Shown here piece after piece: positions 20,782-35,590 of a DNA stretch of 46,637 nucleotides; positions within the stretch are counted from its first letter, which is position 1, and each line of letters opens with the position of its first letter. The DNA is taken from positions 1 to 46,637 of the forward strand of contig JBLMWX010000024.1 of assembly GCA_050257455.1 (NCBI GenBank). The letters are read 5' to 3'. The DNA comes from Gemmatimonadota bacterium. Its GTDB lineage: Bacteria; Desulfobacterota; Deferrimicrobia; Deferrimicrobiales; Deferrimicrobiaceae. Below the pieces are notes generated by a model. That model saw only the letters and a program-made list of their open reading frames with translations. It was not told where the DNA came from and did not search any database. A program made the translations under genes and the position numbers.

Positions 20782-21202
20782 GGGATCCCCCTTCCCCTCC
20801 GGAAATGTGTTCCCAGTCCCCGCCGCCCGGGAATCCCTCCGGAACCCGGACGATCCGCCCCCGCCCGTCCGTGAACGCGTGGGTGGTGGCCCCTTCGGCG
20901 AGCGGCGTCCCGTCGTCGCGCTCGATCCGGTACGCGAAGGAAACGCTCGCGCGGCCGACGCTCCGGATGCCGGCGCGGATGACCAGCCCGTCGTCGTACC
21001 GCGCCGGCGCGATGTACCGGATCTCGGCGCGCGTCACCGGGAGGTGGATCCCGCGCCCGGAAAGCTCCCTGTAGACCATCCCCCGCCGCCGCAACAGCTC
21101 CACCCGCCCGATCTCGAACCAGCGGAGGTAGTTCGCGTAGTAGGCGATCCCCATCGCGTCGGTGTCGCCGAAGATCACGCGGGCGGTTGCGACGGCCTCC
21201 AT
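20771..21202 (-). CDS. Acyl-CoA thioesterase, YbgC/FadM (4HBT) family
   Basis: Motifs DTDAMGIAYYANYLRWFEIGR and PARYDD. Confidence 0.9.
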   Translation of the reverse strand: MEAVATARVIFGDTDAMGIAYYANYLRWFEIGRVELLRRRGMVYRELSGRGIHLPVTRAEIRYIAPARYDDGLVIRAGIRSVGRASVSFAYRIERDDGTPLAEGATTHAFTDGRGRIVRVPEGFPGGGDWEHISGGEGGSRGT

Positions 21203-21208
21203 CGGGCG

Positions 21209-22444
21209 TCAGCCGCGCCCGGCGAGCAGGTACCCGATGAGCCGGGTCCCGGCCTCGACGAACTGCCCGGTCGCCTTCGCGTCGGCTTCCGTGTAACGCC
21301 GGCCGGGCGACGTCACGAGGCCCGGAGGCGCCGGGTAGAAGATGAACGGGACGGGCTCCTGGGCGTGGGTCCGGATCGCGATCGGGGTCGGGTGGTCGGG
21401 CAGCACGAGGACGGAGAGGTCGCCCCCCGACCGCGCGCGGTCGAGGATGGGCCCGATCATCTCCCGATCGATCCGCTCGATGGCCCGGATCTTCTCCGGA
21501 ACGCTCCCGTTGTGCCCCGCCTCGTCCGGCGCTTCGACGTGGATCAGCACGAAGTCCTTGGTCTCGAGCTCGCGGAGGGCGTATTCGGCCTTCCCCTTGA
21601 AGTTCGTGTCGGTGTACCCGGTGGCGCCCGGGACGGCGACCGTTTCCAGCCCGGCGTACACGCCGATCCCCTTGATGAGGTCGACCGCCGCGACGACGGA
21701 GCCCGCGAGCCCGTACTTCTCCCGGAAGGTCGGCATCCGGGGGGCCTTGCCCTGGCCCCAGAGCCAGATCGAGTTCCCGGGGAGCTTGCCGGCGGCGGCG
21801 CGCCTGCGGTTGACGGGGTGTTCGGGAAAGATCTCGCGCGAGTACTCCATCAGGGACAGGAGGATGTCCGCCCCCTCCCCCTTCGGGAGGTAATCGGTGA
21901 TCTTCTTTCCGTGGATGTCGTGCGGGGGCGTCGTCTCCACGGCGTCGTTGCCGCCGGGCCAGACCATCAGGTGCCGGTAGCTCACCCCGGGATGGAACCG
22001 GATGCCGAGGCGTCCGAGCCCGTCGCCCTGCGCGTCGACCCGTTCCTGGAGCGCGGCGAGCAGCTCGGCGGCCTCCCCCGTGCTGATGTGGCCGGCGGAG
22101 AAGTCCTCCATCTCCGAGTCCGCGCCGCTGTTGCGCAGGGAGACGACGTTGCACCGCACGGCGACGTCGTCCTGCCCGAGGGCGACGCCCATCGACGCGG
22201 CCTCCAGGGGCGACCGGCCGGTGTACACCTCCTTCGGGTCGTAACCGATGATGCTCAGGTTCGAGACGTCGCTCCCCGGGTACATCTCCGGCGGAACGAC
22301 CTGGACCATCCCCATGGCGCCGTGGGCGGCCATGAAGTCCATGTTGGGCTTGTCGGCCGCGTCGAGGGGAGTGCGGTTGCCGAGCGACGCGATCGGCCAG
22401 TCGGCCATTCCGTCGCCGATGAGGATCAGGTATTTCCGCGACAC
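21209..22444 (-). CDS. apgM: Cofactor-independent phosphoglycerate mutase, ApgM family
   Basis: Motifs GDGMAD, TPL, PGSDVSN, GRSPLEA, PPHDI, HVEAPDEAGH, PDHPTP. Confidence 0.9.
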   Translation of the reverse strand: MSRKYLILIGDGMADWPIASLGNRTPLDAADKPNMDFMAAHGAMGMVQVVPPEMYPGSDVSNLSIIGYDPKEVYTGRSPLEAASMGVALGQDDVAVRCNVVSLRNSGADSEMEDFSAGHISTGEAAELLAALQERVDAQGDGLGRLGIRFHPGVSYRHLMVWPGGNDAVETTPPHDIHGKKITDYLPKGEGADILLSLMEYSREIFPEHPVNRRRAAAGKLPGNSIWLWGQGKAPRMPTFREKYGLAGSVVAAVDLIKGIGVYAGLETVAVPGATGYTDTNFKGKAEYALRELETKDFVLIHVEAPDEAGHNGSVPEKIRAIERIDREMIGPILDRARSGGDLSVLVLPDHPTPIAIRTHAQEPVPFIFYPAPPGLVTSPGRRYTEADAKATGQFVEAGTRLIGYLLAGRG

Positions 22445-22547
22445 GTCCCCCTCCGGAAAACCGTTCTTTTGCCAATCTTATCACGCCCGCGGCCGAAGGC
22501 GCCGACGCCGAGGCGTTCCCCCCGGGGCAATGCGCGCGCGTCCCTGT

Positions 22548-23870
22548 TCAGAGGTTGTTCTCGATCCGGATCATGCGGGTCCTGTCGAGGACGACCGGCA
22601 GCTTGTCCGTCTCCTCGAGGGCGGCCCGCATGTCCTTCTCCCGCGCCAGGTGGGTCACGATGAAGATGGGAACGGCGCTCTCCTCCCTCCGGCCCTTCTG
22701 GATGACCGAGGAGATGCTGATGGAGTGTGATCCCAGCACGCCGGCGATCCTGGAGAGGACCCCGGGCTTGTCGACGACCTGGAACCGGAGGTAGTACTCG
22801 GTCTTGACCTCGGAGAACGGCGCGACCACGGCCCGTTCCGACGGATCGACGGCGAAGAAGCCGCTCGGCGGGACCCGGCCCGAGACCCCCTTCCGCAGGC
22901 CCCGGGCGATCTCGATGATGTCGCTCGCCACCGCCGACGCCGTCGGGAGCTTCCCGGCCCCCTGGCCGTAATAGAGCGACGAGCCGACAAAGTCCCCCTT
23001 GACGTAGATCGCGTTGTTGGCGCCGCCCACGGTGGCGAGGAGGTACTGCTCCGGCACCATCGTCGGGTGGACGCGGACTTCGATCCCCTGTCCCTTGTCC
23101 TTGGCGATCGCCAGGAGCTTGATCCGGTACCCGAACTCCCGGGCGAAGGCGATGTCGACGGCCGAGACGTCCCGGATACCCTCGACGTAGATCTCCTTCG
23201 GCGGCACCATCCCTCCCGTGGCCAGCCACACGAGGATCGCGAGCTTGTGCGCCGAGTCGATTCCGTCGACGTCGAAGGAGGGATCGGCCTCGGCGAGCCC
23301 GATCCTCTGCGCCTCGGCCAGCACCTCGCCGAAATCCTTCCCCTCGTCCGTCATCCGGCTCAGGATGTAGTTGCACGTCCCGTTGATGATCCCGTAGATG
23401 CCGGCGATCCGGTTGGCGGCCAGCCCCTCCCGCATCGCCCGGATGATGGGAATCCCGCCTCCCACGCTCGCCTCGAACCCGATGTCGACGCCCGCGTCCA
23501 GGACGGCCTTCGCGATTTCCGGGCCGTGCTCGGCCAGCAGGGCCTTGTTCGCGGTGACGACCGGTTTGCCCAGCCGGACCGCCTCGAGGATGAAGTCCTT
23601 CGCCGCGCCGGTGCCGCCGATCAGCTCGACGACGACCTGGACACCGGGGTCGCGCACGACCTGCATGCCGTCCGTCGTGAGGATTCCCTCCGGGAGCGCG
23701 ACGCCCCGGTCGCGCGCGACGTCGAGGTCGGCGACGCGGCGCAGGCGCAGGGGGACGCCGACCCGCCGGCGCAGGTGCTCCGCGTTGTCGAGCAGAAGCT
23801 TTGCCGTCCCGGACCCGACGGTGCCGAACCCGACGATCCCGACGCCGATCTCCTTCAAGGCCGTCGTCAC
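22548..23870 (-). CDS. hom: Homoserine dehydrogenase with C-terminal ACT domain
   Basis: GTG 23870 overlaps the upstream stop. Motifs [40 protein letters not shown]; ACT domain DKPGVLS. Confidence 0.95.
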   Translation of the reverse strand: MTTALKEIGVGIVGFGTVGSGTAKLLLDNAEHLRRRVGVPLRLRRVADLDVARDRGVALPEGILTTDGMQVVRDPGVQVVVELIGGTGAAKDFILEAVRLGKPVVTANKALLAEHGPEIAKAVLDAGVDIGFEASVGGGIPIIRAMREGLAANRIAGIYGIINGTCNYILSRMTDEGKDFGEVLAEAQRIGLAEADPSFDVDGIDSAHKLAILVWLATGGMVPPKEIYVEGIRDVSAVDIAFAREFGYRIKLLAIAKDKGQGIEVRVHPTMVPEQYLLATVGGANNAIYVKGDFVGSSLYYGQGAGKLPTASAVASDIIEIARGLRKGVSGRVPPSGFFAVDPSERAVVAPFSEVKTEYYLRFQVVDKPGVLSRIAGVLGSHSISISSVIQKGRREESAVPIFIVTHLAREKDMRAALEETDKLPVVLDRTRMIRIENNL

Positions 23871-25069
23871 CGGGTCCGCACCTTCGCGACGGACGCCTGC
23901 TGGAAGACCGCCTTCGCGCCGCGGATCGCCTGCCGGATGCGATGCTCGTTCTCCACGAGGGCGAACCGGACGAATCCTTCCCCGTGCTCGCCGAAGCCGA
24001 TGCCGGGAGACACCGCCACCTTTCCCTTCGAGAGCAGGAGCTTGGCGAACTCGACCGATCCCATCGCCCGGAAGGGCTCGGGGATCGGCGCCCAGACGAA
24101 CATCGTGCCCCTGGGCTTCTCGAACTCCCACCCGATGCGGGCGAAGCCGTCCACGAGGCAGTCGCGCCGCTTCCGGTACACCTCCACGGCCTCCTCCGCC
24201 ACGCGGTACGGCCCGTTCAGGGCGACCGTCGCGGCGATCTGGATCGGCTGGAACATGCCGTAGTCGAGGTAGCTCTTGATCCGCTGAAGCGCCCCGACCA
24301 TCCGCCGGTTCCCGAGGACGAAGCCGACCCGCCACCCGGGCATCGAGTAGCCCTTCGACATCGAGTAGAGCTCGACCGCCACGTCCTTGGCCCCCGGGAC
24401 CTGGAGGATCGACGGCGCCGTGTAGCCGTCGAACACGAGGTCCGCGTAGGCGAGGTCGTGGATGACGAGGATCCCGTGCTCCTTCGCGAACGCGACGACG
24501 CGCTTGAAGAAGGCGAGGTCGACGACCGCGGTCGTCGGGTTGTGCGGGAAGGAGATGATCATGACCTTGGGTTTCGGCCAGATCGTCTTCATGGCGCGCT
24601 CGACGCGGTCCATGAAATCGCCTTCCCCGGAGGTCAGCGAGATCGACCGGACGTCGGCCCCCGCGATGATGACCGAGTAGCTGTGGATGGGATACGTCGG
24701 GTTCGGGACGAGCGCGACGTCTCCGGGGCCCATCATCGCCAGGACCAGGTGGGAAATCCCTTCCTTCGCCCCGATCGTGGCGATCGCCTCGGTGTCCGGG
24801 TCGAGTTCCACCCCGTAATGCCTCTTGTACCAGTTGCAGATGGCCAGGCGCAGCTTCGGGATCCCGCGGGACAGCGAGTACCGGTGATTCCTCGGGTTCC
24901 GGGCCGCCTCCATCAGCTTGTCGACGATGTGCTTGGGCGTGGGCAGATCGGGGTTGCCCATCCCGAGATCGATGATGTCCTCGCCGGCGCGCCGCATCTT
25001 CGACTTGAGGTCGGTGACCACCGCGAAGACGTACGGCGGCAACCTCTTGATGCGCGGAAATTCCTCCAT
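23867..25069 (-). CDS. alaC: Class I/II PLP aminotransferase, AlaC-like
   Basis: N-terminus [12 protein letters not shown]; motifs [35 protein letters not shown]. Adjacent to hom. Confidence 0.8.
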   Translation of the reverse strand: MEEFPRIKRLPPYVFAVVTDLKSKMRRAGEDIIDLGMGNPDLPTPKHIVDKLMEAARNPRNHRYSLSRGIPKLRLAICNWYKRHYGVELDPDTEAIATIGAKEGISHLVLAMMGPGDVALVPNPTYPIHSYSVIIAGADVRSISLTSGEGDFMDRVERAMKTIWPKPKVMIISFPHNPTTAVVDLAFFKRVVAFAKEHGILVIHDLAYADLVFDGYTAPSILQVPGAKDVAVELYSMSKGYSMPGWRVGFVLGNRRMVGALQRIKSYLDYGMFQPIQIAATVALNGPYRVAEEAVEVYRKRRDCLVDGFARIGWEFEKPRGTMFVWAPIPEPFRAMGSVEFAKLLLSKGKVAVSPGIGFGEHGEGFVRFALVENEHRIRQAIRGAKAVFQQASVAKVRTR

Positions 25070-25098
25070 GGCGTTCCCCCAGACGGTTTGAAATGGAT

Positions 25099-25127
25099 AT
25101 GCTAATGAATCGCGGGGTTTAAGTCAA
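25099..25127 (-). promoter_or_regulatory. Sigma70-type promoter of the alaC-hom unit
   Basis: TTGACT (25127-25122), 17 nt spacer, TAGCAT (25104-25099), in an AT-rich intergenic gap. Confidence 0.7.
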
Positions 25128-25147
25128 ATCCGGGTTCCGCCGCAGGG

Positions 25148-27234
25148 CTATTCCGGCCCGGGGCCCGACGCGTTCCGCCCCGCGATCCAGCGCGCGAGAT
25201 CCGAATGCCCGGGCTGCGACAGGTCGGGATCCCGCGCGAGCAGAAGCCCGGCGATCTCGCGCGCCTTCATCAGCATCCGGGCATCGCGGACGATGTCCGA
25301 GAAGACGAGGTCCGGGATCCCCGACTGCCGGACGCCCGCGAAATCCCCCGGCCCGCGAATCCTGAGGTCCTCCTCCGCGATCCTGAACCCGTCCGCCGTC
25401 TTCTCCATGACCGCGAGCCGCGCGGCCGCGTCCTCCCCCTGCCCGCCCCCGGCCATGAGGTAGCAGACCGAGGCGCGGCGTCCCCGGCCGACGCGGCCCC
25501 GCAGCTGGTGGAGCTGGGACAGCCCGAACCGCTCCGCGTGCTCGATCATCATGACCGTCGCGTCGGGGACGTCCACGCCCACCTCGACGACCGTCGTGGA
25601 GACGAGGATGCGGATCGCGCCTTCCCGGAAGGCCCTCATGGCCGCCTCCTTCTCCTCCGGTTTCATCCGCCCGTGGAGGAGCCCGACCCCCGCCTCCGGG
25701 AAGACGGCCCGGACCCGCTCCGCGGTCTTCACCGCGTCCCGCAGCGTGAGCTTCTCCGACTCCTCCACCAGCGGCAGGACGATGTAGACGCAGGCCCCGG
25801 CGGCAACCTCCTTCCTGACCCGCGCCCAGGCGGCGGGCCGGTCCGCCGCCGCCACGACCCGCGTCTCCACCGGCGTCCTTCCCGGCGGCATCTCGTCGAT
25901 CACGGAGACGTCGAGGTCCCCGTACAGCGTCATGGCCAGCGTCCTCGGGATCGGCGTCGCCGTCATGACGAGCAGGTGCGGCGCCGTCCGCGCCTTCCCC
26001 TTGAGCGCCGCCCGCTGGAGGACGCCGAAGCGGTGCTGCTCGTCCACGATTCCCAGTCCCATTTCGCTGAAATCGACGCCCTCCTGGATGATCGCGTGGG
26101 TGCCGACGACGACGTGGGCCTCCCCCTGCCTGATCTCCGCCCGCGCGGCCTCCCGCTCCCGTTTCGACAGCGAGGCGGTGAGAAGGACGATCCTCACGGG
26201 GAGTCCCTCGGCCAGCGCGGCGAACCGCCGGTAATGCTGCTCGGCCAGGATCTCGGTCGGCGCCAGCAGCGCCGTCTGCGCGCCCTGCTTCCACGCCACC
26301 ATCGCCGCGATCCACGCGACGATCGTCTTTCCGCTTCCCACGTCGCCCTGGAGAAGCCGGTGCATGGGGTGCGCCTGGGCCATGTCCCTGAGGATCTCGT
26401 TGACCACGCGCCGCTGCGCCCCGGTGAGCGCGAACGGGAGCCGCCTCTTGATCTCGTCGACGATCTCCCGGTCCCAGCGGAGCGGCCGGGCGGATTCACC
26501 CATGATCCCCGCGCGCCTCCGCGCCATCGTCCACTGGATGTAGAAGAGCTCCCCGAAGATGAGACGCTGCTGGGGCGGCGACGAGAACGACAGGAGCGTC
26601 TCCGCGTCGGCCCCCGGCGGGGGGAAATGGAGCGTCGCGAGCGAATCCTGGATCGGCGGCACGCCGGCCGCGTCGAGCATCCACCCGGGGAAGAATTCCC
26701 TCTCGGCGGCCGCGAACCTGTGGACTACCTCGTGCTGGATCCGCCGCAGCACCCGCGGCGGGACGCCCTCGATCTCCGGGTAGACCGGGACGATGCGCCC
26801 CATGTGGATCGGGTCCCGCTCCTCGCCGCTGCCCAGGATCTCCGGATGGTGCATCTCGGGATGAAACTGGTAGACCCGGACCGTTCCGCAGAGCAGGACC
26901 GTTTCGCCGACCTTGAACCGATCCCTGAGCGACGGATGGTGGTGGAACCACTTCGCCGAGAGCCGGCCCGTGCCGTCGGAGATGACGACCTCGAAGACCC
27001 GCGCCCTCCCGAACCCCCGGCCTCCGCCCGAGGTCCCCGCCACCTGTCCCTTGACGGGGACGGTCGTGCCGGGCCTCAGGGACCCGATCGGGACGATCCG
27101 GCGCCTGTCCTCGTACCCCTTCGGGAAGAAGAACAGCGCGTCGCGGGGCGTCCGGATCCCGCGGGCGGCGAGCTTCTCCGCGAGCTTCGGCCCCACCCCC
27201 TTCACGAACTGGATCGCGGGGGCGTCGGCCGGGG

Positions 27235-27238
<4 letters not shown>
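25148..27238 (-). CDS. recG: ATP-dependent DNA helicase RecG
   Basis: Start [18 protein letters not shown]. Motifs [46 protein letters not shown]. Confidence 0.96.
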
Positions 27239-30479
<3,241 letters not shown>

Positions 30480-30501
<22 letters not shown>

Positions 30502-31427
30502 GCGATCTCCTGGATGAAGACGTTCGTCAGGCCGAGCCCCCAAGCGGCCTCGACGGCGCGCTCGTACTCCCCGGCCGAAAGCTTCCGGTCGTACCCGGGC
30601 GTCCCCGGCGCCCGGTGCGCCGGGAAATACTGCCCCATCAGGGACAGCGGGATCCCCGCGCCGAACCGGTTCCGCAGAAAGGCGAGAACGGCCACCGTCT
30701 CGTCGACCCTTCCCGGCAGGACCAGGTGGCGGACGAGCACGCCGCGGACGGCGGTCCCGTCCGGCCCCGCGGCGAGCGGCCCCGCCTGCCGGAGCATCTC
30801 GGCCACCGCCGCCGCGTTGTGCACGGGGTAGTCCGGCGCCGCGGACGCCTCCGCCGCCAGCCGCGCCGACCGGTACTTGACGTCGGGCAGGTAGATGTCG
30901 ACGACCCCGTCGAGGAGGGCGAGGGTCTCCGGCACCTCGTACCCGTTCGTGTTGTAGACGACCGGCAGCGAGAAACCCCTTTCGCGGGCCGCGAGCAGGC
31001 CCCCGATCAGCTGCGGCACATGCGGGGTCGGCGTGACGAAGTTGACGTTGTGCGCGCCTTTCCGTTCGATCCAGAGGAGGCGCTCGCCGAGCTCCTTCTC
31101 CGTCATCGCGCGGCCGACTCCCATCCGGCTGATCGGGTAGTTCTGGCAGAACAGGCACGCGAGATTGCAATGGCTGAAGAAGACGGTCCCCGACCCGCGG
31201 GTCCCCGAGATGGGCGGCTCCTCGCCGGGGTGGATCGAAACGGCCGCCACGCGCGCCCCCGCGCCCGCCCCGCAGAACCCCGTCTCCCCCTCGAGCCGGC
31301 GGGACCGGCAGCGCCGCGGGCACAGCACACATTCGCCCAGCGCCGCACGGGCCTCGGCGCGGCGCACCCGCAGCCCGGGGACATCGAGGCGGCCGCCGCG
31401 CCCGGCGGACAGCGCGGCTACCCGCAT
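30480..31427 (-). CDS. Radical SAM protein, PflX-like (uncharacterised)
   Basis: N-terminal CVLCPRRC...[20 protein letters not shown], CxxxCxxC motif [40 protein letters not shown]. Confidence 0.88.
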
Positions 31428-31454
31428 GGTCCCTTCCCCTGAACGCCCCTCACG

Positions 31455-32603
31455 TCAGATCTCCGCGTCGCCGGTCAGGTACCGGTAGAACCGGGTAAAC
31501 AGGTAGCGCGCATCGTGCGGGCCCGGGGACGCCTCGGGATGGTACTGGACCGAGAAGCAGCGCAGCGAAGGGACCGACAGACCTTCCACCGTGCGGTCGT
31601 TGAGGTTGACGTGGGTGATCCGCGCCCTGTCCCCGAGGGACGCCGGATCGACCGAGAAATTGTGGTTCTGGCTCGTGATCTCGACCTTCCCGGTCGCCAG
31701 GTCCATGACCGGCTGGTTGAGCCCGTGGTGGCCGAACTTGAGCTTGTACGTCCGGCCGCCCAGGGCGAGCCCCATGACCTGGTGGCCGAGGCAGATCCCG
31801 AACAGCGGGATCTTCCCCAGGAGCTCCCGGACGGTCCTCACGGCGTACGGAACGCCCTCGGGGTCGCCGGGCCCGTTGGAGAGGAAGACGCCGTCCGGCT
31901 TCCTGGCGAGCACCTGGTCGGACGTCGTCTCGGCCGGAACGACGGTGACGTCGAGGCCGTGGGACACCATCATCCGCAGGATGTTCTGCTTGACCCCGAA
32001 GTCGAAGGCGACCACCTTCGGGGTCCGGCCGAACCGGCTCCGGTAGCTGGCCGCGGGCATGTACCCCGCCGCGAGGTCCCAGTCCCCCGTCTCCCACCGG
32101 ACCACCCGGTCGGAGCTCACTTCCCGCACGAGGTCGCGGCCGACGATCGACGGCAGCTCGCGGGCCTTGCGGACGAGGCGCGCCCCGTCGAGGTCGATCG
32201 CGGAGACGACGCCCATCTGCGATCCGCCGTCGCGAAGCCGCCGGGTCAGCGCCCGGGTGTCGATCCCCGAGATCCCGCAGACGTGGTATCGCCGCAGGTA
32301 CCCGTCGAGCGACTCGACGTGCCGCCAGTTGGACGGAAGCCTCCACGCCTCCCGCACGACGAACCCCTCGACCCAGGGGCGTGTCGACTCCACGTCGTCC
32401 GGGTTGATCCCGGTGTTCCCGATCTCCGGGTAGGTCATCGTGACGATCTGTCCCCGGTACGACGGGTCCGTCAGCACCTCCTGGTACCCCGTCATCCCGG
32501 TGTTGAACACGACCTCGCCGCCGCTCTCCCCCTCGTGGCCGAACGCGGTGCCCTCGTAGACCGTGCCGTCGGCCAGCGCGAGGAGCGCGCGTCTTTCAGG
32601 CAT
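31455..32603 (-). CDS. carA: Carbamoyl-phosphate synthase small subunit
   Basis: Motifs [38 protein letters not shown]. Confidence 0.97.
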   Translation of the reverse strand: MPERRALLALADGTVYEGTAFGHEGESGGEVVFNTGMTGYQEVLTDPSYRGQIVTMTYPEIGNTGINPDDVESTRPWVEGFVVREAWRLPSNWRHVESLDGYLRRYHVCGISGIDTRALTRRLRDGGSQMGVVSAIDLDGARLVRKARELPSIVGRDLVREVSSDRVVRWETGDWDLAAGYMPAASYRSRFGRTPKVVAFDFGVKQNILRMMVSHGLDVTVVPAETTSDQVLARKPDGVFLSNGPGDPEGVPYAVRTVRELLGKIPLFGICLGHQVMGLALGGRTYKLKFGHHGLNQPVMDLATGKVEITSQNHNFSVDPASLGDRARITHVNLNDRTVEGLSVPSLRCFSVQYHPEASPGPHDARYLFTRFYRYLTGDAEI

Positions 32604-33900
32604 GGACCGGCATCCCGGGGATGAGCGAGTGCGTCAGCCGGCCGCCGCGGATCGTGGCGATCGCCCGCCCCCGCATGGTCCAGCCGAGGAACGGGCTGTT
32701 CCGCGACTTCGACCGCAGGTCCGCCGCGCGCACTTCCCACTCCGCCTCGGGGTCGATGACCGTCACGTCGCCGTCGTCCCCGACGCCGAGCGACCCCTTT
32801 CCCTTCAGGTTCAGGATGCGGGCCGGGTTGGCGCTCAGCAGCTCCACGAGCCGGGCCGGCGAGACCTTGCCGCCCGCGAGCAGGGCGAGGCAGAGGGGCA
32901 GCGCCGTCTCGAGGCCGATGATCCCGTTCGACGCCGCGACGAATTCGCACCGCTTCGTGTAGTCGTCGTGCGGGGCGTGGTCGGTCGCGATCGCGTCGAT
33001 CGTGCCGTCGACGATTCCCTCCAGGACCGCCATCCGGTCCTCCTCGCCCCGCAGGGGCGGGTTCATCTTGGCGTTGGTGTTGTACCCTTCGAGGGCGGCG
33101 TCGGTCAGGGTGAAGTAGTGCGGCGCCGTCTCGCCGGTCACGGCCAGCCCCGCGCGCTTGGCCATCCGGAGGAGATCGACGCCCATCCGGGTGCTGATGT
33201 GCTGGATGTGGACCCGCCCGCCCGTCTGCCGGGCGAGGAGGATGTCCCGCGCGATGGCGACCTCCTCCGCGGCCGCCGGAATGCCCGGGATCCCGAGCCG
33301 GTGGGCGGTCCACCCCTCGTGCGCCGCTCCCTCCGACGACAGCTCGCGCTCCTCGGCGTGCGACAGGACGAGCAGGCCGAAACCCTTCGCGTACTCGAGC
33401 GCCCGGCGCATGAGGAGCGCGTTCGCCACCGGCCTGCCGTCGTCGGAAAAGGCCACCGCGCCGGCGTCGGCGAGGTCCGCCATGTCGGTCATCTCCTTGC
33501 CCTCGAGCCCCCGGGTGACCGCCGCGACGGGAAACACGTCGGCCGCCCCCTCGCGCGCCGCCTTGTCGCGGATGAACCCGGTGATCTCCCGGTGGTCGTT
33601 GACCGGCTTCGTGTTCGCCATGCAGGCGACGGAGGTGAACCCGCCGGCGGCCGCCGCCCGCGTGCCGGACCGGATGTCCTCCTTCCACTCGTACCCCGGC
33701 TCGCGCAGGTGGACGTGCATGTCGATCAGGCCCGGGACGATCCACTTCCCGGCCGCGTCGATGACCGTTCCGTCGTACCGCTCCGGGGCCCCCGGCCCGG
33801 GGATGAACTCCCGCACCTTCCCGTTCTCGATCACGATGCTCCCCTGCTCGTCGCGCCGGCCGGCCGGATCGATCACGCGTCCGTTCCTAATGAGCACCAT
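32596..33900 (-). CDS. pyrC: Dihydroorotase (type I)
   Basis: Motifs [24 protein letters not shown]. Confidence 0.96.
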   Translation of the reverse strand: MVLIRNGRVIDPAGRRDEQGSIVIENGKVREFIPGPGAPERYDGTVIDAAGKWIVPGLIDMHVHLREPGYEWKEDIRSGTRAAAAGGFTSVACMANTKPVNDHREITGFIRDKAAREGAADVFPVAAVTRGLEGKEMTDMADLADAGAVAFSDDGRPVANALLMRRALEYAKGFGLLVLSHAEERELSSEGAAHEGWTAHRLGIPGIPAAAEEVAIARDILLARQTGGRVHIQHISTRMGVDLLRMAKRAGLAVTGETAPHYFTLTDAALEGYNTNAKMNPPLRGEEDRMAVLEGIVDGTIDAIATDHAPHDDYTKRCEFVAASNGIIGLETALPLCLALLAGGKVSPARLVELLSANPARILNLKGKGSLGVGDDGDVTVIDPEAEWEVRAADLRSKSRNSPFLGWTMRGRAIATIRGGRLTHSLIPGMPVHA

Positions 33901-34819
33901 CGTGCCCTCCCGCCAGAAGGTAGAGGAGCGCCATCCGGACGGCGACGCCCGACTCCACCTGGTTCAGGATCCTTGATCGCGTCGAGTCCGCCAGATCGTC
34001 GCTCAGTTCCACCCCCCGGTTGACCGGACCGGGGTGCATGATGACCGCGTCGTCCTTCGCGAGGGAGAAGAGCTCGCCGTTGAGCCCGAATCTCCGGGAA
34101 TACTCGCGCAGCGACGGGAAGGTGGCCGTCTTCTGCCGCTCGAGCTGGATCCGAAGCATCATGACCACGTCGGCCCCCGTCACCGCCTCCCGGATGTCGC
34201 TCGTGACGCGCGCGCCGCTGCGCTCCATCTCCCTCGGCGCCAGCGTCGGGGGGCCGCACAGCCAAAGGTCCGCCCCCATCCGGCCGAGGGAGTGCAGGTC
34301 CGACCGCACGACACGGCTGTGGAGAATATCACCGACAATCGCGACCTTAAGCCCAGATACCTTACCCTTGGCTTTAATGATCGTGTAGAGGTCGAGGAGC
34401 CCCTGGCTCGGATGCTCGTTTGCCCCGTCCCCCGCGTTGACGATCGAACAGGAGACGTGCCGCGAGAGGAAATGCGGCGCCCCGGAGGCGGCGTGGCGGA
34501 TGACCAGGATGTTCGGCTTCATCGCCTCGATGTTCCGGGCCGTGTCGAGGAGCGTTTCCCCCTTCGTCACGCTCGACGTCGCGGCGCTGAAGTTGACGAC
34601 GTCGGCCGACAGGCGCTTCCCGGCGATCTCGAACGATGTCCGGGTCCGGGTGCTCGGCTCGAAAAAGAGGTTGACGACCGTCTTGCCCCGGAGGGCCGGG
34701 ACCTTCTTGATGTCCCGTCCCAGGATCTCCTCCATCGACCGGGCCGTGTCGATCACGAACTCCATCTCGTCGGGGCTGAAGTCCGACAGCCCGAGCACGT
34801 GCCTGCGGCGCCATTCCAT
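33887..34819 (-). CDS. pyrB: Aspartate carbamoyltransferase catalytic subunit
   Basis: Start MEWRRRH at 34819. Motifs [31 protein letters not shown]. Confidence 0.96.
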   Translation of the reverse strand: MEWRRRHVLGLSDFSPDEMEFVIDTARSMEEILGRDIKKVPALRGKTVVNLFFEPSTRTRTSFEIAGKRLSADVVNFSAATSSVTKGETLLDTARNIEAMKPNILVIRHAASGAPHFLSRHVSCSIVNAGDGANEHPSQGLLDLYTIIKAKGKVSGLKVAIVGDILHSRVVRSDLHSLGRMGADLWLCGPPTLAPREMERSGARVTSDIREAVTGADVVMMLRIQLERQKTATFPSLREYSRRFGLNGELFSLAKDDAVIMHPGPVNRGVELSDDLADSTRSRILNQVESGVAVRMALLYLLAGGHDGAH

Positions 34820-34824
34820 GGGCC

Positions 34825-35385
34825 TCACCCCTCCTTCCCGGCAGGTCCCTCGTTCAACACGACCTTCCACGTGTCGGGCTCGCCCTGGATCATCACCTCG
34901 ACGGTCTCGTTTCGCGAGGTCGGGACGTTGCGGCCCACGTAGTCGGCGCGGATGGGGAGCTCCCGGTGGCCGCGGTCGATGAGCACCGCCAGCTGGATGT
35001 TCCGCGGGCGCCCGAAGTCGATCAGGGCGTCCATGGCCGCCCGGATCGTCCGCCCCGTGAACAGGACGTCGTCGACGAGGATGACTTTCTTCTCGTCGAT
35101 CGAGAACGGGATCTCGGTCCGTTTCAGCCGCGGCTGGTACCCCGCGCGCGAGAGATCGTCGCGGTAGAGGGTGATGTCGACGTAGCCCGCGGGAACGTCG
35201 ACCCCTTCGATCGCGCGGATCTTCTCCTGGATCCTCCTCGAAAGGGGAACACCCCCGGAGCAGATGCCGACCAGGGCGATGTCCTCCGCCCCCCGGTTCT
35301 TCTCGAGGATCTCGTGGGTGACCCTGGAGAGCATCCTGTCCATCCCTTTTGCATCCAGGATGACCTTCCTGCCGTGTCGTTTCAT
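34825..35385 (-). CDS. pyrR: Pyrimidine operon regulator / uracil phosphoribosyltransferase PyrR
   Basis: Motifs [31 protein letters not shown]. Confidence 0.96.
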   Translation of the reverse strand: MKRHGRKVILDAKGMDRMLSRVTHEILEKNRGAEDIALVGICSGGVPLSRRIQEKIRAIEGVDVPAGYVDITLYRDDLSRAGYQPRLKRTEIPFSIDEKKVILVDDVLFTGRTIRAAMDALIDFGRPRNIQLAVLIDRGHRELPIRADYVGRNVPTSRNETVEVMIQGEPDTWKVVLNEGPAGKEG

Positions 35386-35427
35386 CGCATGCCCCCGTCT
35401 TCAGGTCGCGCGGCGTTTACGGCGGGC

Positions 35428-35458
35428 AAAAAAAAACCCCCCCGGCCGGCGGGAGGGC
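35428..35458 (-). terminator. Intrinsic attenuator terminator in the pyr leader
   Basis: RNA CCCUCCC-GCCGGCC-GGGGGGG followed by U9, about 40 nt before the pyrR ATG. Confidence 0.85.
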
Positions 35459-35488
35459 ATCGTCGAAGCGTCGTTCGGCATCGCGCAT

Positions 35489-35521
35489 CCTTTGCTAACC
35501 TCACGGGATTAGCTTAAAAGG
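35489..35521 (-). ncRNA. PyrR-binding RNA loop (cis-regulatory element)
   Basis: RNA CCUUUUAAGCUAAUCCCGUGAGGUUAGCAAAGG matches the PyrR motif ARUCC-NGNGA-GGYU with a CCUUU/AAAGG basal stem. Confidence 0.9.
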
Positions 35522-35530
35522 TTGAGGGCC

Positions 35531-35559
35531 ATGATACCGCCGCGCCGCAGCCCCGTCAA
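35531..35559 (-). promoter_or_regulatory. Sigma70-type promoter of the pyr operon
   Basis: TTGACG (35559-35554), 17 nt spacer, TATCAT (35536-35531), immediately before the PyrR loop. Confidence 0.8.
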
Positions 35560-35586
35560 CTCCATTCGGGGAGCTCCATTCGGGGA
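35560..35586. repeat. Perfect 13-bp direct repeat CTCCATTCGGGGA x2
   Basis: Copies at 35560-35572 and 35574-35586. Confidence 0.85.
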
Positions 35587-35590
35587 CGGG

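Noticed and set aside
22445-22547. Possible extended -10 promoter (TGATAAGAT, 22483-22475) or RNA element between hom and apgM
   Set aside because: There is no recognisable -35 box, riboswitch core or U-tailed hairpin, so it is too weak to call.
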